Shown here: positions 1 through 15,138 of the stretch, in pieces
Layout: each line of letters opens with the position of its first letter
How positions within the stretch are numbered: the first letter of the stretch is position 1
Origin: Candidatus Dadabacteria bacterium
Lineage (GTDB): Bacteria; Desulfobacterota_D; UBA1144; Nemesobacterales; Nemesobacteraceae
DNA: 64,000 bases
Reading direction: 5' to 3'
Assembly (NCBI GenBank): GCA_951812735.1
Contig: OX638332.1
Location: forward strand, 85,042-149,041
The notes under the pieces: generated by a model
Databases searched by the model: none
The model's input: only the letters and a program-made list of their open reading frames with translations
Told to the model about the DNA's origin: nothing
Translations under genes and position numbers: made by a program

Positions 1-3000
1 CGGTTTTTTCTTAAGCCTCAGTTTTCCGCTTGTGTTAAAGTTGGCTTCCTTGGTTTTTATCCATGTGCCGGAAGAGATGTCGACTGAAATATCCAAGGCG
101 GTTTTCTCTCTGTAAAAACCGCCCTGGCCCTGTTCTTCAAGTGAAAACTCGGCGGCAAGATTCTCGCCCCTGTCTATGAAACTGATATCCTTTACGGCCT
201 TCAGTCTGCCGGGGTAGAGGCGAATCCGCCCCGCCGTGACCTTTGTTTTTCCCTTTACGCTTAGAAATTCATCTTTTTTTTCTATCCTGATATCACCTGA
301 CAGGTCTGTTTTTATGGAGTGGGGATTAAAACGGATCTTTTCCATCTCAAGATCGGCGCGGTACGTGAGATCAGAGAGATTCATTTTACCCTTCAGGTAG
401 GCCCTCCCTCCTTTTGAACGAAATTCCATTCTGGGCAGGGTCATTTTCGTGCCGTTAAATGAAAACTTGGCATGCTCCGTGAAGAGGCTGTTTCTTAGTT
501 GGGTCAGAGAGAGTTTGAGATCATTTACCTCAAGATCTCCTTTTATCCTCGGTTTTGCGAGAGTGCCTCTGAGAAAAAGGCTGGCGGATGAGAAGTCCCC
601 TTCGATTCTTTCTATTGAATTTGAAAAAATTTTCACAAAGTCGAGTCCGTATCCCTCAGATATCAATTCAAGATCCACTGAAGCTCCAGTTATCGCCTCT
701 AGAGGACTTTGGGCTTTTTCTGAAACCACCAGGTCTCCCCGCAGACTAAGTCTGTTCCCCTCGTCCATTGAGGATGTGAAATCAAGAGAAAGTCTTCCGT
801 TTTTCCCTTGGAGGCTGATTTCCATTTCTGCGACCCCGGGGATTTTGTAGAAAAAACCGTCTGACTTTACTTGAGCCTGCACTGAAGGAGCGGTAAAGGG
901 ACCACTGACTTTGACTTTTCCGTTAAACGTTCCTTCGAGATCGTGTTTGAAATTGAGAATTTTCGATATGATCAGCGGATCAAAGTCCGTCATTTCGCCC
1001 CGAAGTTCGACTGTCTTTTCCTTCCTGTCGAGTTCTCCAAGAAAATCGGTGAGTTTTCCGTCTCCGTAGAGAAATTCATCTCCCTCGAGCCTTGTTCTGC
1101 CAGGAGATATATCAAGGAGGATATCTCCTTTGCTTCTGAACCGTTTTTCAGCCAGAAGACCTTCAAGGTACGTCATCCTTAATTTCTTCTCGCTGCCCAG
1201 AGGCCCGTTAATACTGAATTCTGAAGAGGCGAAGGCACCGTTTTTCTTGCTCAAAAGGGCACCAACTTCAATATGGGTTTCCGTTCCCCGAAGCTTTGCC
1301 TCGATCGTATCCGAGGAATTGCCTAAAACGCGTGCCCGCTGCCCATTGAGATTTATGTCAATCGACACCTTGGGTGTGTTTTTAAAATCAATCTGTGTAC
1401 TTGAGCGAACGGACATCTCTTGAGCTATGAAATCTTTTTTATAGGCGAAGTTTTCCACTTGGGAGGTCGCCTTGATGTGTGGAGTGAAGATGCTTCCGCT
1501 GATCCTGCCGCTTGAACTTATTTTTCCTAAAAGCAGAGGGACCCTTTCGTCAATCTCGGAGAGAAAACCCAGATCCCGTGCCGCGAATTCAAAAGCGCAG
1601 TCAAGACCCTTTTGCTCTCCTTCGGTTTTTTTCGCGGACAGGGAGAATTCATCCGACGTGATGTTAAGTCTGTTTATCTTAAGGGCTCCTTTTTCAATGG
1701 CGCCGTTGATTTGGGAACTTATGTTGGTTATTCCATAAAATGCATCCGTCTTGAGGTCGGCATTTACGCTTAAGTCCACATTTTCAAAAAACTTGGCGTT
1801 CTTTGGTGCCGCTCCCCGGAAACTTGCGCTTCCGCTAACGTGGTTGTCAATCGTTGCGTCCGGGAATTCGAACTTCAGCTTGAACTTCTTTGCTTTTGAG
1901 CTCAGATCGAAATCCACGCCGTCGTTTCTAAGCGTCAGATGACCTGACATCCGAAGGTTGCTCTGCTCACTGTCGATTACGTCAAGGTAATCAGGTTCAA
2001 TCCGAAGGGAATAGATTTCCCTGTTCCCCCAGTTGCCGCTTATCCTCAGGTTCGAGCTAAGCTTTGAGTCATCTCCGAATTTAAGAGGGTAGGGCGTGCG
2101 GTTAAGTATCTCGGTGAGATCATCTGTGTCCGCGTCTTTTAGCTCTACTGCGAAGTCAAACCAGTTTTTCTCTTCTTTTGCGAGCCATTTCCTGAGATCA
2201 ACGCTCCCTTTCAGGCGAGACTCTCCGAATCCTCCGCCTACTTTGCCCTCTATAAGGGTTTTTGTTCCGTTAATCCTGACCGTCCCGAGGTCTGTCCAAA
2301 GCCGCTGCCCGTTAAGAAACGAGTCTGGGGTTAAAACCTCCATGGTCCCCACTATGTTGTCGACGGAGTGCATCTTGACCTTCGTCTTTGCTTGGAGGTT
2401 AAGCTCCCCCTTGCCGTTTATTCCGAGAGCGTCGAGGTAAACGGTCATGTCAAATTCAGGGTTTCTAAGGTTCCTTGCGGTGCCGCTTCCCCTGATTGGC
2501 ACTCCCTCAACCTTAAATCCCGCGTCTTTGAATACGCAGTTCCAGGATGCTATTTCGATTTCTCCCCTGAGGTTCCTTATCCTGATTCTGGGAGACACGT
2601 AGTCAAAATTCACGTCCTTTGCGTCAAGCTCAAGTTTTTTCGTAAGTTCCACGATGTTTATGGAGAAAACCGACTCCTCCACCAGGTCAAATTCCCATAC
2701 CTTGTCTCTTGTGTGGTCACTTATGGAAACGCGGGAGTTTCGGATTCTGTTGTTCGCGAAAATGAGGCTTATTCTTTTCTCCTGCGGACGCTCGGCGGTT
2801 TTGTCTTCGTTTTTGAGCTTCTTGAAATTCCACACCCCTCGTCTGTCTTTTTCGAGCAGGAGTTTTAGACCGTATACCTCTGTGTTTGATAAGTAGAGTT
2901 TTTTTCTCGAGATTATCGAGTAAAGAATGGGAATTGAGTAGTTCGTTGAGAGTTTTTCGATCTCTATGAAACTTTCCCCGGCTATTTTTATTTCAATGTC

Positions 3001-3198
3001 GTCTATCTCCATTGTGGAGATTATGCTTCCTCTTATCTCTCCGAGACTTATATGGAAATTGGGAATCGAGTTAAGCCTTTGCTCTATAAGGTTTTTTGCG
3101 TACTGGCGGCTTTGCTCGGTCTTGGAGAACAGAAGAAGCCCTACGATAAGGGCGGAAACTACTGCCGCCAATATAAAAAAAATCGTTTTTCGACGCAC
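1..3198 (-). CDS. TamB/AsmA-like envelope protein (3' end lies beyond the window start)
   Basis: Not in the ORF track because the stop is outside the window. GTG at 3198 reads MRRKTIFFILAAVVSALIVGLLLFSKTEQSRQYAKNLIEQRLNSIPNFHISLGEIRGS..., an N-terminal membrane anchor followed by beta-rich sequence as in TamB/AsmA. Only the 5' part was translated by hand. Confidence 0.7.
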   Translation of the reverse strand, partial: MRRKTIFFILAAVVSALIVGLLLFSKTEQSRQYAKNLIEQRLNSIPNFHISLGEIRGSIISTMEIDDIEIKIAGESFIEIEKLSTNYSIPILYSIISRKKLYLSNTEVYGLKLLLEKDRRGVWNFKKLKNEDKTAERPQEKRISLIFANNRIRNSRVSISDHTRDKVWEFDLVEESVFSINIVELTKKLELDAKDVNFDYVSPRIRIRNLRGEIEIASWNCVFKDAGFKVEGVPIRGSGTARNLRNPEFDMTVYLDALGINGKGELNLQAKTKVKMHSVDNIVGTMEVLTPDSFLNGQRLWTDLGTVRINGTKTLIEGKVGGGFGESRLKGSVDLRKWLAKEEKNWFDFAVELKDADTDDLTEILNRTPYPLKFGDDSKLSSNLRISGNWGNREIYSLRIEPDYLDVIDSEQSNLRMSGHLTLRNDGVDFDLSSKAKKFKLKFEFPDATIDNHVSGSASFRGAAPKNAKFFENVDLSVNADLKTDAFYGITNISSQINGAIEKGALKINRLNITSDEFSLSAKKTEGEQKGLDCAFEFAARDLGFLSEIDERVPLLLGKISSSGRISGSIFTPHIKATSQVENFAYKKDFIAQEMSVRSSTQIDFKNTPKVSIDINLNGQRARVLGNSSDTIEAKLRGTETHIEVGALLSKKNGAFASSEFSINGPLGSEKKLRMTYLEGLLAEKRFRSKGDILLDISPGRTRLEGDEFLYGDGKLTDFLGELDRKEKTVELRGEMTDFDPLIISKILNFKHDLEGTFNGKVKVSGPFTAPSVQAQVKSDGFFYKIPGVAEMEISLQGKNGRLSLDFTSSMDEGNRLSLRGDLVVSEKAQSPLEAITGASVDLELISEGYGLDFVKIFSNSIERIEGDFSSASLFLRGTLAKPRIKGDLEVNDLKLSLTQLRNSLFTEHAKFSFNGTKMTLPRMEFRSKGGRAYLKGKMNLSDLTYRADLEMEKIRFNPHSIKTDLSGDIRIEKKDEFLSVKGKTKVTAGRIRLYPGRLKAVKDISFIDRGENLAAEFSLEEQGQGGFYREKTALDISVDISSGTWIKTKEANFNTSGKLRLKKKP

Positions 3199-3489
3199 TG
3201 TCTTTAGTGAAAATGCAGGGGGTTTCTTTATTGGTCACGCTAAAGGATCTGGATTTTCCTATCAAGCCTATTATACTTAAAAGTCGCCAAATAAAAACAG
3301 AACTCGCTCAAGCGGTTCTGCTCGCAGGTCTGTTCTGTTTGCCGGGAGTTTTTCTCCGTAAAACCGGGCCGCGCAAGGGTAATTTACATTTCCGAGGCGT
3401 TTTCAAGAAAAACTTTCTGTTTATTGTCTAACTTATTCATATGACATGAAAAATAAAGCTGCTGCCGTAACTCAAAGGAGGTTGTTTTA

Positions 3490-4868
3490 ATGCTACAGGT
3501 ATCTGGGAAACAGATTGCCGCTGTTTTTGGGATTTTGCTTCTGATCGTCGCTCTCATAAAAATTATTTCCATTGCCGAGATGAGTCCTCCCGTAATATCC
3601 ATCGAGCGGGACATTGAGAGTCTGAGCACAAAGCCCTTTGAGGTAACAGTGTCCGATAAGGGTACCGGGCTTTCCAAGGTCCGCATCTACCTGCTTGACG
3701 CTTACGGGGAGTCCGTTCTTGTCGAAAAGGAATATAAGAAGGGAACGAAAAGCGATGTTCTAAGCGTAAGCATCAACCCTGAGAAGCTCGGTATAAAAGG
3801 CGGGGAGTCGGAGTTTTTTATAGAGGCGACCGACCGTTTCATGAATGGCCTTTTCTCAGGGAAAAAGACCGTTTTCAGCCAGAAAGTAACCCTTGATTTC
3901 ATCCCTCCCGAAATACAGGAACTCTCGCCCATGCTGTATATAAGACACGGGGGCGCGGGAGTTGTTATATACAAGGTCTCTGAGGACACGGTTTCAAGCG
4001 GCGTCGAGATAAAAGACTTGTTTTTCGAAGGCTACAGCGGATACTTTGAAGATCCCCTTATATATCTTTCCTTTTTTGCCTATCCTTACAATGCCGCCAG
4101 GGGCGAAAAGATAGAAATTCTTGCAGCTGATGCGGCCGGAAACGAGGTCAGGGAATCCGTTCCTTACCGGCTCTTAAAGGCTTCGTACGTAAAAGATGAA
4201 ATAGCTCTCTCCGAAGGGTTTTTGAAAAAAAAGGTGCTCCCGCTTTTCAGCAGGATTTACGGCTATTCCTCGGTAGGGGATGACGGGAAGCCTGATTTCC
4301 GTAAAGCGTTTCTCAAGGTCAACAGTGAGACGAGAAAAGAAAACGACAACAGGATATATGAGGTCGGAAGACAAAGCGGGGATAAAATTCTCTGGAAAGG
4401 GAAATTCAACCAGCTTCCCAATTCCAAGGTGGGTGCGACGTTTGCGGACCACAGGAAATATCTGATGGATGGCGAAGTGATAGACAGGCAGTATCACCTC
4501 GGCTACGACCTTTCTGTTACCAGAAAATATCCCGTTCCGGCTTCTAACAACGGAGTGGTGGTTTTTGCCGATCACCTCGGCATATACGGTAATACGGTCA
4601 TCGTTGACCATGGCATGGGGGTTATGACGCTCTACTCCCATCTGACTTCGATGGACGTAAAAGTCGGAGACACCGTGGAGAAAAAAGATCGCGTGGGAAG
4701 AACAGGCACTACCGGGCTTGCCGTCGGAGATCATCTCCATTTCGGGGTTTACATTCAGGGAGTTCCCGTGAGGCCGCTTGAGTGGTGGGATACGAAGTGG
4801 ATCGACGATAACATATGGTACAAAATTAACTACGTGAAAAAGAATTTTGCGAGCCGGGAGGCTCAACG

Positions 4869-4872
<4 letters not shown>
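3490..4872 (+). CDS. M23 family metallopeptidase (peptidoglycan DD-endopeptidase)
   Basis: N-terminal TM segment; C-terminal M23 motifs HLGYD (HxxxD), YGNTVIVDHG and GDHLHF (HxH). Confidence 0.92.
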
Positions 4873-9391
<4,519 letters not shown>

Positions 9392-9399
9392 TTGGTGTC

Positions 9400-11136
9400 T
9401 CAGGAGATTTTCTGGCCCTGCAGGGAGTATTGCTTTATTCCCAGAATTATTCCGTCCACTATTCTTTCTATGTAGGCTTCGCTTTTCAGCCGTTTTTCCT
9501 CCCTGGGATTTGTTATGAAAGAGGTTTCAACCAGCACGCTCGGTATGTCCGCACCGATCAGCACGACAAAAGGAGCTTTTTTAACCCCCTTGTTCTTTAT
9601 GTACTTGTATTTTCCGGAAACGTTCCGGATTATGGATTTCTGCACGTAACCGGCGACTTGCTGTGATTCCTCTTTCTTGGAACTGAGTATGTAGTCTTTG
9701 AGTATGCCGCGAAGATCGTGCAGCCCCTTGGTCGTAGTGGCGTTCTCCCTGGCGGCGAGCTGCAGGGAGGTCTGGTCGTCCGTGAAACCCAGTATGTAGG
9801 TCTCTATGCCGTGGGCCTTTTTTGTTCTTGCCCCGTTGCAGTGTATTGATATGAAAATATCAGCTTTTCTTTTTCTCGCTATGGCCGTGCGCTCCTCAAG
9901 GGGAATGAACCTGTCGTTGCTTCTTGTAAGATAGACATTCTCTATGCCGAAGCTTTTCCCTTCTTCGATCAGCCTTTGCCTGAGTCTTTTGGCTATCTTG
10001 AGATTTACGTCCTTTTCCCTGAGGCCGCTTGGACCTATGGCGCCGGGATCATGTCCCCCGTGCCCTGGATCGATTACTATGGTTCTGACCTTGAGTCCTA
10101 GGGCCTGCTTGAGACTTGCTATCTCTCCTTCTGGAACCTTGGATTCAAGCGAAGGTCCCTGCTTGTCGTATGAAGGAGCGTCCTTTGCGAATATCTTCTC
10201 CGGTTTTGCTCCCAGCCCCTTTATATCCATCACAAGCCGAAAATGCGGGTTCTGCCCTGATTTTGGCAGGGAAAAGACCTTGTGGCCCTCGAGATCTTTT
10301 ATGTATAGCACGATGCGCGATACTCCGGGGCGGTTCGTCGCGTAACTTATCTTCTCGAGAAGTCCCTTGGTTATAGGCTCGACCTTGATTGAATTGTCAA
10401 GGATGGTTTCCTCAAGATCCACATAGAGACGTGGGGGGGTTTTGAGTTCCGGGTCGGGGCGAAGCATCTTGGATGTGTACTTGACGTTCTTGTCGGTTTC
10501 TATCACGACCCGCGTATAATCGTCCGTTGACCAGTGCCTTATTTTTTTAATCAGGGCGTAGCCTTCTGGATTTGGCGTGGGAATAGGTTGTTTCGGTGCA
10601 GTGGGCTCTGCTTTCTTTGGCGTGGCGGCTCCTGTGAGTATCGCCAGTTTTTTCTTGGCGATATCGTAGGTGTCTGAGTCCTCCATTCCGTAGACGATTC
10701 TCTGGTACGCCGTGGCGGCTTCCTTTTTCTCGCCCCTGCGCTCAAGGATCCTGCCTATCCGCAGCCACGAGTCATCGGCCAGACTGTCGTTTGGATATCT
10801 TTTTACGAATTCCCGCGAGTACTGAAGCGCTTTTTCCGAATCCTGCGGGGATTTGAACCTCAAGGATTTTTTCTCATAGACCCTTGCCGCTACGAAGAGG
10901 CAGAGCGGGGAGTTCTCCCAGTCGGGGTTCTGGGAGTATATTCTGTAGAAAGTGCTTCCCACAAGATCCCAGGTCTCGCTTCTCTTGGCTTTTTCAGAAT
11001 TTGATTCAAGCTGGCGGTAAAGCTTGAAATTCTCTTCGTATATGGCCTCGTTTTTTTCCCTTGCTTCGGTAGAAGAAAAGACAAACAGGCAGATAAACGC
11101 TATTAGAAAAGGAGAAAGTTTTATGCGGTTTTTCAC
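9400..11136 (-). CDS. N-acetylmuramoyl-L-alanine amidase (signal peptide, TPR, AMIN, Amidase_3)
   Basis: IDPGHGGHDPGA, EKDVNL, SIHCN and LVETSF motifs; TPR-like N-terminus. Confidence 0.93.
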   Translation of the reverse strand: MKNRIKLSPFLIAFICLFVFSSTEAREKNEAIYEENFKLYRQLESNSEKAKRSETWDLVGSTFYRIYSQNPDWENSPLCLFVAARVYEKKSLRFKSPQDSEKALQYSREFVKRYPNDSLADDSWLRIGRILERRGEKKEAATAYQRIVYGMEDSDTYDIAKKKLAILTGAATPKKAEPTAPKQPIPTPNPEGYALIKKIRHWSTDDYTRVVIETDKNVKYTSKMLRPDPELKTPPRLYVDLEETILDNSIKVEPITKGLLEKISYATNRPGVSRIVLYIKDLEGHKVFSLPKSGQNPHFRLVMDIKGLGAKPEKIFAKDAPSYDKQGPSLESKVPEGEIASLKQALGLKVRTIVIDPGHGGHDPGAIGPSGLREKDVNLKIAKRLRQRLIEEGKSFGIENVYLTRSNDRFIPLEERTAIARKRKADIFISIHCNGARTKKAHGIETYILGFTDDQTSLQLAARENATTTKGLHDLRGILKDYILSSKKEESQQVAGYVQKSIIRNVSGKYKYIKNKGVKKAPFVVLIGADIPSVLVETSFITNPREEKRLKSEAYIERIVDGIILGIKQYSLQGQKIS

Positions 11137-11242
11137 TTTAAGCAGAAACTATATTGTGTAGTTATGCCGTTGTAAATTTATTTTCAGAAGATTTGTGTGT
11201 TATGTTCTTACGAAATAAATTCTAACATGTTTGGCGTGTTCT

Positions 11243-12010
11243 ATGAAGGTCAGAGTACTTGGGTGTGCTACTTCGACCGGCGTTCCTATAGTGGGCTGCC
11301 GATGTGATGTGTGCACATCGGAAAATATCAGAAACAAACGTACGAGAAGTTCCGTGCTGGTCGAGGTGGCCGGGAAGAAAATACTTGTCGACACTTCTAC
11401 CGATCTCAGGACGCAGGCCCTGAGGGAAGGGATAACCAGGGTTGATCTTGTTCTCTATACACACTCCCACGCCGATCACACCCACGGAATAGACGATCTT
11501 AAGGCGTTTAACTTCATAAATGCGATGGACATAGACTGTTACGCGAATACGGTTACCCTCGGCGATATAAAGCGGAATTTCGCCTACATATTCGACTCCT
11601 TCCCGGCGGCGGGAGGAAAACCGAGGCTTAATTTCAAGGAGATAAACGGGGAAATAAAATTCGAGGGAATCAGGATAGAGCCGATCGACATATATCACCA
11701 TAACTGGCAGATACTAGGCTACCGCATCGGGTCTTTCGGTTACCTTACCGACTGCAGCGCCATCCCCGAGGACGCCTATGAAAAGCTCCAGGGGCTTGAC
11801 CTCCTGATACTCGGCGCGTTGAGGTACAAACCCCACAGGGCTCACTTCAACATAGAACAGGCGGTAGAGGAAATAGAAAAACTGGGACCCAAAAGGGCCC
11901 TTTTAACTCACATGGGACATGAGCTTGAGTATGAAAAGCTCCGGGCGGAGCTTCCCGATCATATAGAGCCCGCGTATGACGGAGCCGAAATAGAGCTCAG
12001 GGATCCCTGA
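11243..12010 (+). CDS. MBL-fold metallo-hydrolase (PhnP-like)
   Basis: MKVRVLGCATSTGVP, CxCxxC and THSHADHTHG (HxHxDH). Confidence 0.9.
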   Translation: MKVRVLGCATSTGVPIVGCRCDVCTSENIRNKRTRSSVLVEVAGKKILVDTSTDLRTQALREGITRVDLVLYTHSHADHTHGIDDLKAFNFINAMDIDCYANTVTLGDIKRNFAYIFDSFPAAGGKPRLNFKEINGEIKFEGIRIEPIDIYHHNWQILGYRIGSFGYLTDCSAIPEDAYEKLQGLDLLILGALRYKPHRAHFNIEQAVEEIEKLGPKRALLTHMGHELEYEKLRAELPDHIEPAYDGAEIELRDP

Positions 12011-12046
12011 CGGTATCTCCGCCGAGACGGCGCACAAGGAAGAAAA

Positions 12047-13270
12047 ATGCAGGATTTGGTTACAAAACTTGTCGAGAAAAATTCCTCAAAGATAGTTCTC
12101 TGCGTTCTTGACGGACTGGGAGGGCTTCCCGTTCGGGGAAAAACGGAGCTAGAAGCGGCCCGGACGCCGAATCTTGACCGGATTTCTTCTGGCGCGTCCC
12201 TCGGGTTGCACGTGCCCGTCGAGAGGGGGATAACTCCAGGGAGCGGCGCCGCGCATCTGGCGCTTTTCGGTTATGACCCCGTTAGAAACGAGATAGGAAG
12301 GGGAGTGCTTGAGGCGCTGGGCCTTGGAATTGATCTCGGTCCGTCGGACATGGCTGTGAGGGGCAACTTCGCCACGGTGAAATACGAAGGAGATACCCCG
12401 GTCGTTACCGACAGGAGGGCCGGCAGGATCAGCACGGAAGAAAACAGGAAGATTATCTCCAGGATTTCGTCAGCCGTTAGCGAGATATCCGGGGTCAAGG
12501 TGAGTTTTTATCCCGGCCTTGAGCACCGCTTCGTCGTAGTTCTGTCTTTTCTAGCGCAGCTCTCGGAATCGGACGCGCTTGTCTGCGACACCGACCCGCA
12601 GGCAGAAGGCAAATCTCCTGTCAGGCCCAGCGGGGAGAACAAGAGTTCCCAGAAGACGGCCGAAATCGCAGGAGAGCTGATTGACAGGGCCTGCGAAGTG
12701 ATAAGGGATGAGCCCGCGGCTAACTACATGCTTCTAAGGGGTTTTTCTGTTAGGCCGGATCTTCCGACCTTCGATCGTGCTTACGGGCTTCGGGCCGGAT
12801 GCGTTGCCGCCTATCCGATGTACAGGGGAGTATCGAAACTGCTCGGGATGGACGTCCTTGAGGTTTCCGGAGATTCCATAGGTGATGAGATCCAGACGCT
12901 TTCTGCTAATTTCGAGGACTATGACTTTTTCTACCTGCACGTAAAGAAAACGGACAGTTACGGAGAGGACGGCGATTTCGGGGCGAAGGCGGGGGTAATA
13001 GAAGAATTCGATTCGCTTCTGCCTGAAATCACGAGACTCGGAGTGGACGTTCTTGCCGTTACGGGCGATCATTCGACCCCGGCGGCGATGAAGTCGCACA
13101 GCTGGCATCCCGTTCCTCTTATGATCAGCTCTAAATACTGCAGGGGAAGGGGTGTGGAAGGTTTCTCCGAATCATGCTGCCTGTCCGGTGATCTGGGGAT
13201 TATAAAGGCGACTGAGATAATGCCGCTTCTTCTTGCCCACGCGGGGCGGCTTCGCAAGTTCGGTGCTTGA
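12047..13270 (+). CDS. apgM: 2,3-bisphosphoglycerate-independent phosphoglycerate mutase (ApgM type)
   Basis: LDGLGG, TPGSGAAHL, GRGVLEALG, DRRAGRI and TGDHSTP motifs. Confidence 0.92.
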   Translation: MQDLVTKLVEKNSSKIVLCVLDGLGGLPVRGKTELEAARTPNLDRISSGASLGLHVPVERGITPGSGAAHLALFGYDPVRNEIGRGVLEALGLGIDLGPSDMAVRGNFATVKYEGDTPVVTDRRAGRISTEENRKIISRISSAVSEISGVKVSFYPGLEHRFVVVLSFLAQLSESDALVCDTDPQAEGKSPVRPSGENKSSQKTAEIAGELIDRACEVIRDEPAANYMLLRGFSVRPDLPTFDRAYGLRAGCVAAYPMYRGVSKLLGMDVLEVSGDSIGDEIQTLSANFEDYDFFYLHVKKTDSYGEDGDFGAKAGVIEEFDSLLPEITRLGVDVLAVTGDHSTPAAMKSHSWHPVPLMISSKYCRGRGVEGFSESCCLSGDLGIIKATEIMPLLLAHAGRLRKFGA

Positions 13271-13311
13271 AATTTGTTCCTTGCGTGATACTTTTTACAA
13301 TCCGATTCTGT

Positions 13312-13397
13312 GCCGAAGTGGCGGAATTGGCAGACGCGCTATCTTGAGGGGGTAGTGCCCTACGGGCGTGCGGGTTCGACTCCCGCCTTCGGCACCA
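13312..13397 (+). tRNA. tRNA-Leu (GAG)
   Basis: Acceptor stem GCCGAAG/CTTCGGC with ACCA end, D-loop TTGGCAGA, anticodon arm CTATC-TTGAGGG-GGTAG, long variable arm, GGTTCGACTCC T-arm. Confidence 0.97.
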
Positions 13398-13667
13398 CAA
13401 CAAAGCACTGGATGAGGAAAAGGGGAGACTTGGCCGCGGAAACCAGTCCGGCTTCAGAAAACCATCTTGCGCATGAAGAAATCATGGTCGCCTTGGGGGA
13501 TTAATTTCTCAAAGTGTCGCATAAAGAGTCGTCCTGAAGCTGGTTTTATTCCGTTCTGCCAAACGATTTTTTCAGTCCCGACTCCTTGACTTCCGTTTGT
13601 AGTCACGATATAGTTACACTTGCGAATATGAAGTTTTAAACGGTGCAGAGAATCAGGAGGCTGTTTC

Positions 13668-13922
13668 ATGGAATTTGCTTTGCGTCAGGCAAAAGCGCGT
13701 CTTTCCGAACTGGTATCCGCTGCCGAGAAAGGAGAACGCGTCGTTATAACAAAATACGGGGAACCCGTGGTTGAGCTCGTGCGTCTGCGCGGGCGCGGAG
13801 GGATAGACCTTGAGAAGCTTGCGGAGGATTGCAAACGGGCTGGAATCCGGGAAAGCAAGGAAGGGTGGCCGAAGGAATTTGACGATCCCGCGTTCAGCCG
13901 GAAAGTCCTTGGGCTCGGGTAG
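13668..13922 (+). CDS. Phd/YefM family antitoxin
   Basis: QAKARLSELVSAAEKGERVVITKYGEPVVELV is a Phd signature; AGGAGG RBS upstream. Confidence 0.9.
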   Translation: MEFALRQAKARLSELVSAAEKGERVVITKYGEPVVELVRLRGRGGIDLEKLAEDCKRAGIRESKEGWPKEFDDPAFSRKVLGLG

Positions 13923-13940
13923 GAAATCCTGAATCGTCCT

Positions 13941-14348
13941 ATGCGGATACTGCTCGATACATCTTATGTCTACGCTCTGATGTTGGCGCGTTGGGACCTT
14001 TCAGAAACAGAGAAGCTGATTTTCTCCAGCAAAGACATGCAGTTCCATGTAAGTGCCGTGTCTATTTGGGAAATGCGCCTGAAATTCAACGCCAGGGACC
14101 ATTCGGGCAAGCGGAAAAGCGAATTTGACCCGGAAGACGTCGTAGAACTGCTGGCGGCACACCATGTGGTTTTTTTGCCTATGACCGCGGGTCACGCAGC
14201 CGGCAGGCTTAAAACTCCAATAGCTCACAGAGACCCGTTTGACGAACTCCTGCTTGTTCAAGCTCAGCAGGAAAATCTGAAGTTTCTCACGACCGACCGC
14301 CAGATAATCGGACATCCATTGGCTATTAGCCAGGACTTCATTCAGTAA
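13941..14348 (+). CDS. vapC: VapC (PIN domain) toxin
   Basis: LLDTS, SAVSIWE, HRDPFD and LTTD PIN acidic residues; directly downstream of the Phd antitoxin. Confidence 0.9.
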   Translation: MRILLDTSYVYALMLARWDLSETEKLIFSSKDMQFHVSAVSIWEMRLKFNARDHSGKRKSEFDPEDVVELLAAHHVVFLPMTAGHAAGRLKTPIAHRDPFDELLLVQAQQENLKFLTTDRQIIGHPLAISQDFIQ

Positions 14349-14368
14349 AACCGCGTACTGATCAATAA

Positions 14369-14986
14369 TTACCTTTCGGATTCATCCGGCGTTTCTTTAC
14401 GGATTTTCTCCGCTTTCTCGGGCTCTCCGATCTTCTCGTACACAAGACCCAGGTGCCTTCTCGCCTGGACGTAGTAGGGACTTTCGCTTCCGTCTACTTC
14501 GGAGAAGTATTCTATGCTCTTGTCCCATTTCTCGAGTTTGAAATTGGACAGGCCGATCACAACATTTGCGCCGTCGCGGAAAATATCGCCCTCAGGACCT
14601 TCATCCAGAAAGAATTCAAGATGTTTTATCGCTTCTTCGTAGTTCCCGAGCTGGTAGCTTATCATCCCCATCTGATAAAGGGCCAGAGAAGACACATCGG
14701 CTTTGGGATGCTCTTCGCGAAGCGTCTGCAGCTGTAAAAGAGAGGTTTTCATTTCTCCGCTGTCGTAGCTTTCAACAGCCTTGCGGAACTGCTCGTTTGC
14801 CAGAAGATCTTTTTCTTCCTGTTGCGAGGAAGCAAAACATATGCCGAGCAGGCCCACGACTATGACGCCTATGCCGATAAGTATCTTGTTGAAGTGCTCC
14901 GAGAGACCTTCAAGGGAGTCTGCCAGGAACTCTCTGAATCTGTCGGGACGTTTAAGTTCTTTGGTTGTATATTTTATCTTGGACAT
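14369..14986 (-). CDS. YfgM-like membrane-anchored TPR protein
   Basis: MSKIKYTTKELKRPDRF, one TM helix, then TPR helices. ATG at 14986 is preferred over the ORF-track start. Confidence 0.75.
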   Translation of the reverse strand: MSKIKYTTKELKRPDRFREFLADSLEGLSEHFNKILIGIGVIVVGLLGICFASSQQEEKDLLANEQFRKAVESYDSGEMKTSLLQLQTLREEHPKADVSSLALYQMGMISYQLGNYEEAIKHLEFFLDEGPEGDIFRDGANVVIGLSNFKLEKWDKSIEYFSEVDGSESPYYVQARRHLGLVYEKIGEPEKAEKIRKETPDESER

Positions 14987-15138
14987 GGACTGTAAGTTTT
15001 TACCTGCCCGTACTTGGAACCCCACGTTATTACCGGCGGGTTAGTCATCTGTGTTAAGATATTTATTGGGTAAACATGATACGTTGTTTCTTCAGGCAAT
15101 GTCAAAGATTTTCGCGGAATTATAAGGGGAAAAGAGTT

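Noticed and set aside
449-3280. Many short plus-strand ORFs
   Set aside because: They are antisense shadows of the long minus-strand TamB/AsmA-like gene. The same applies to most short ORFs overlapping core genes.
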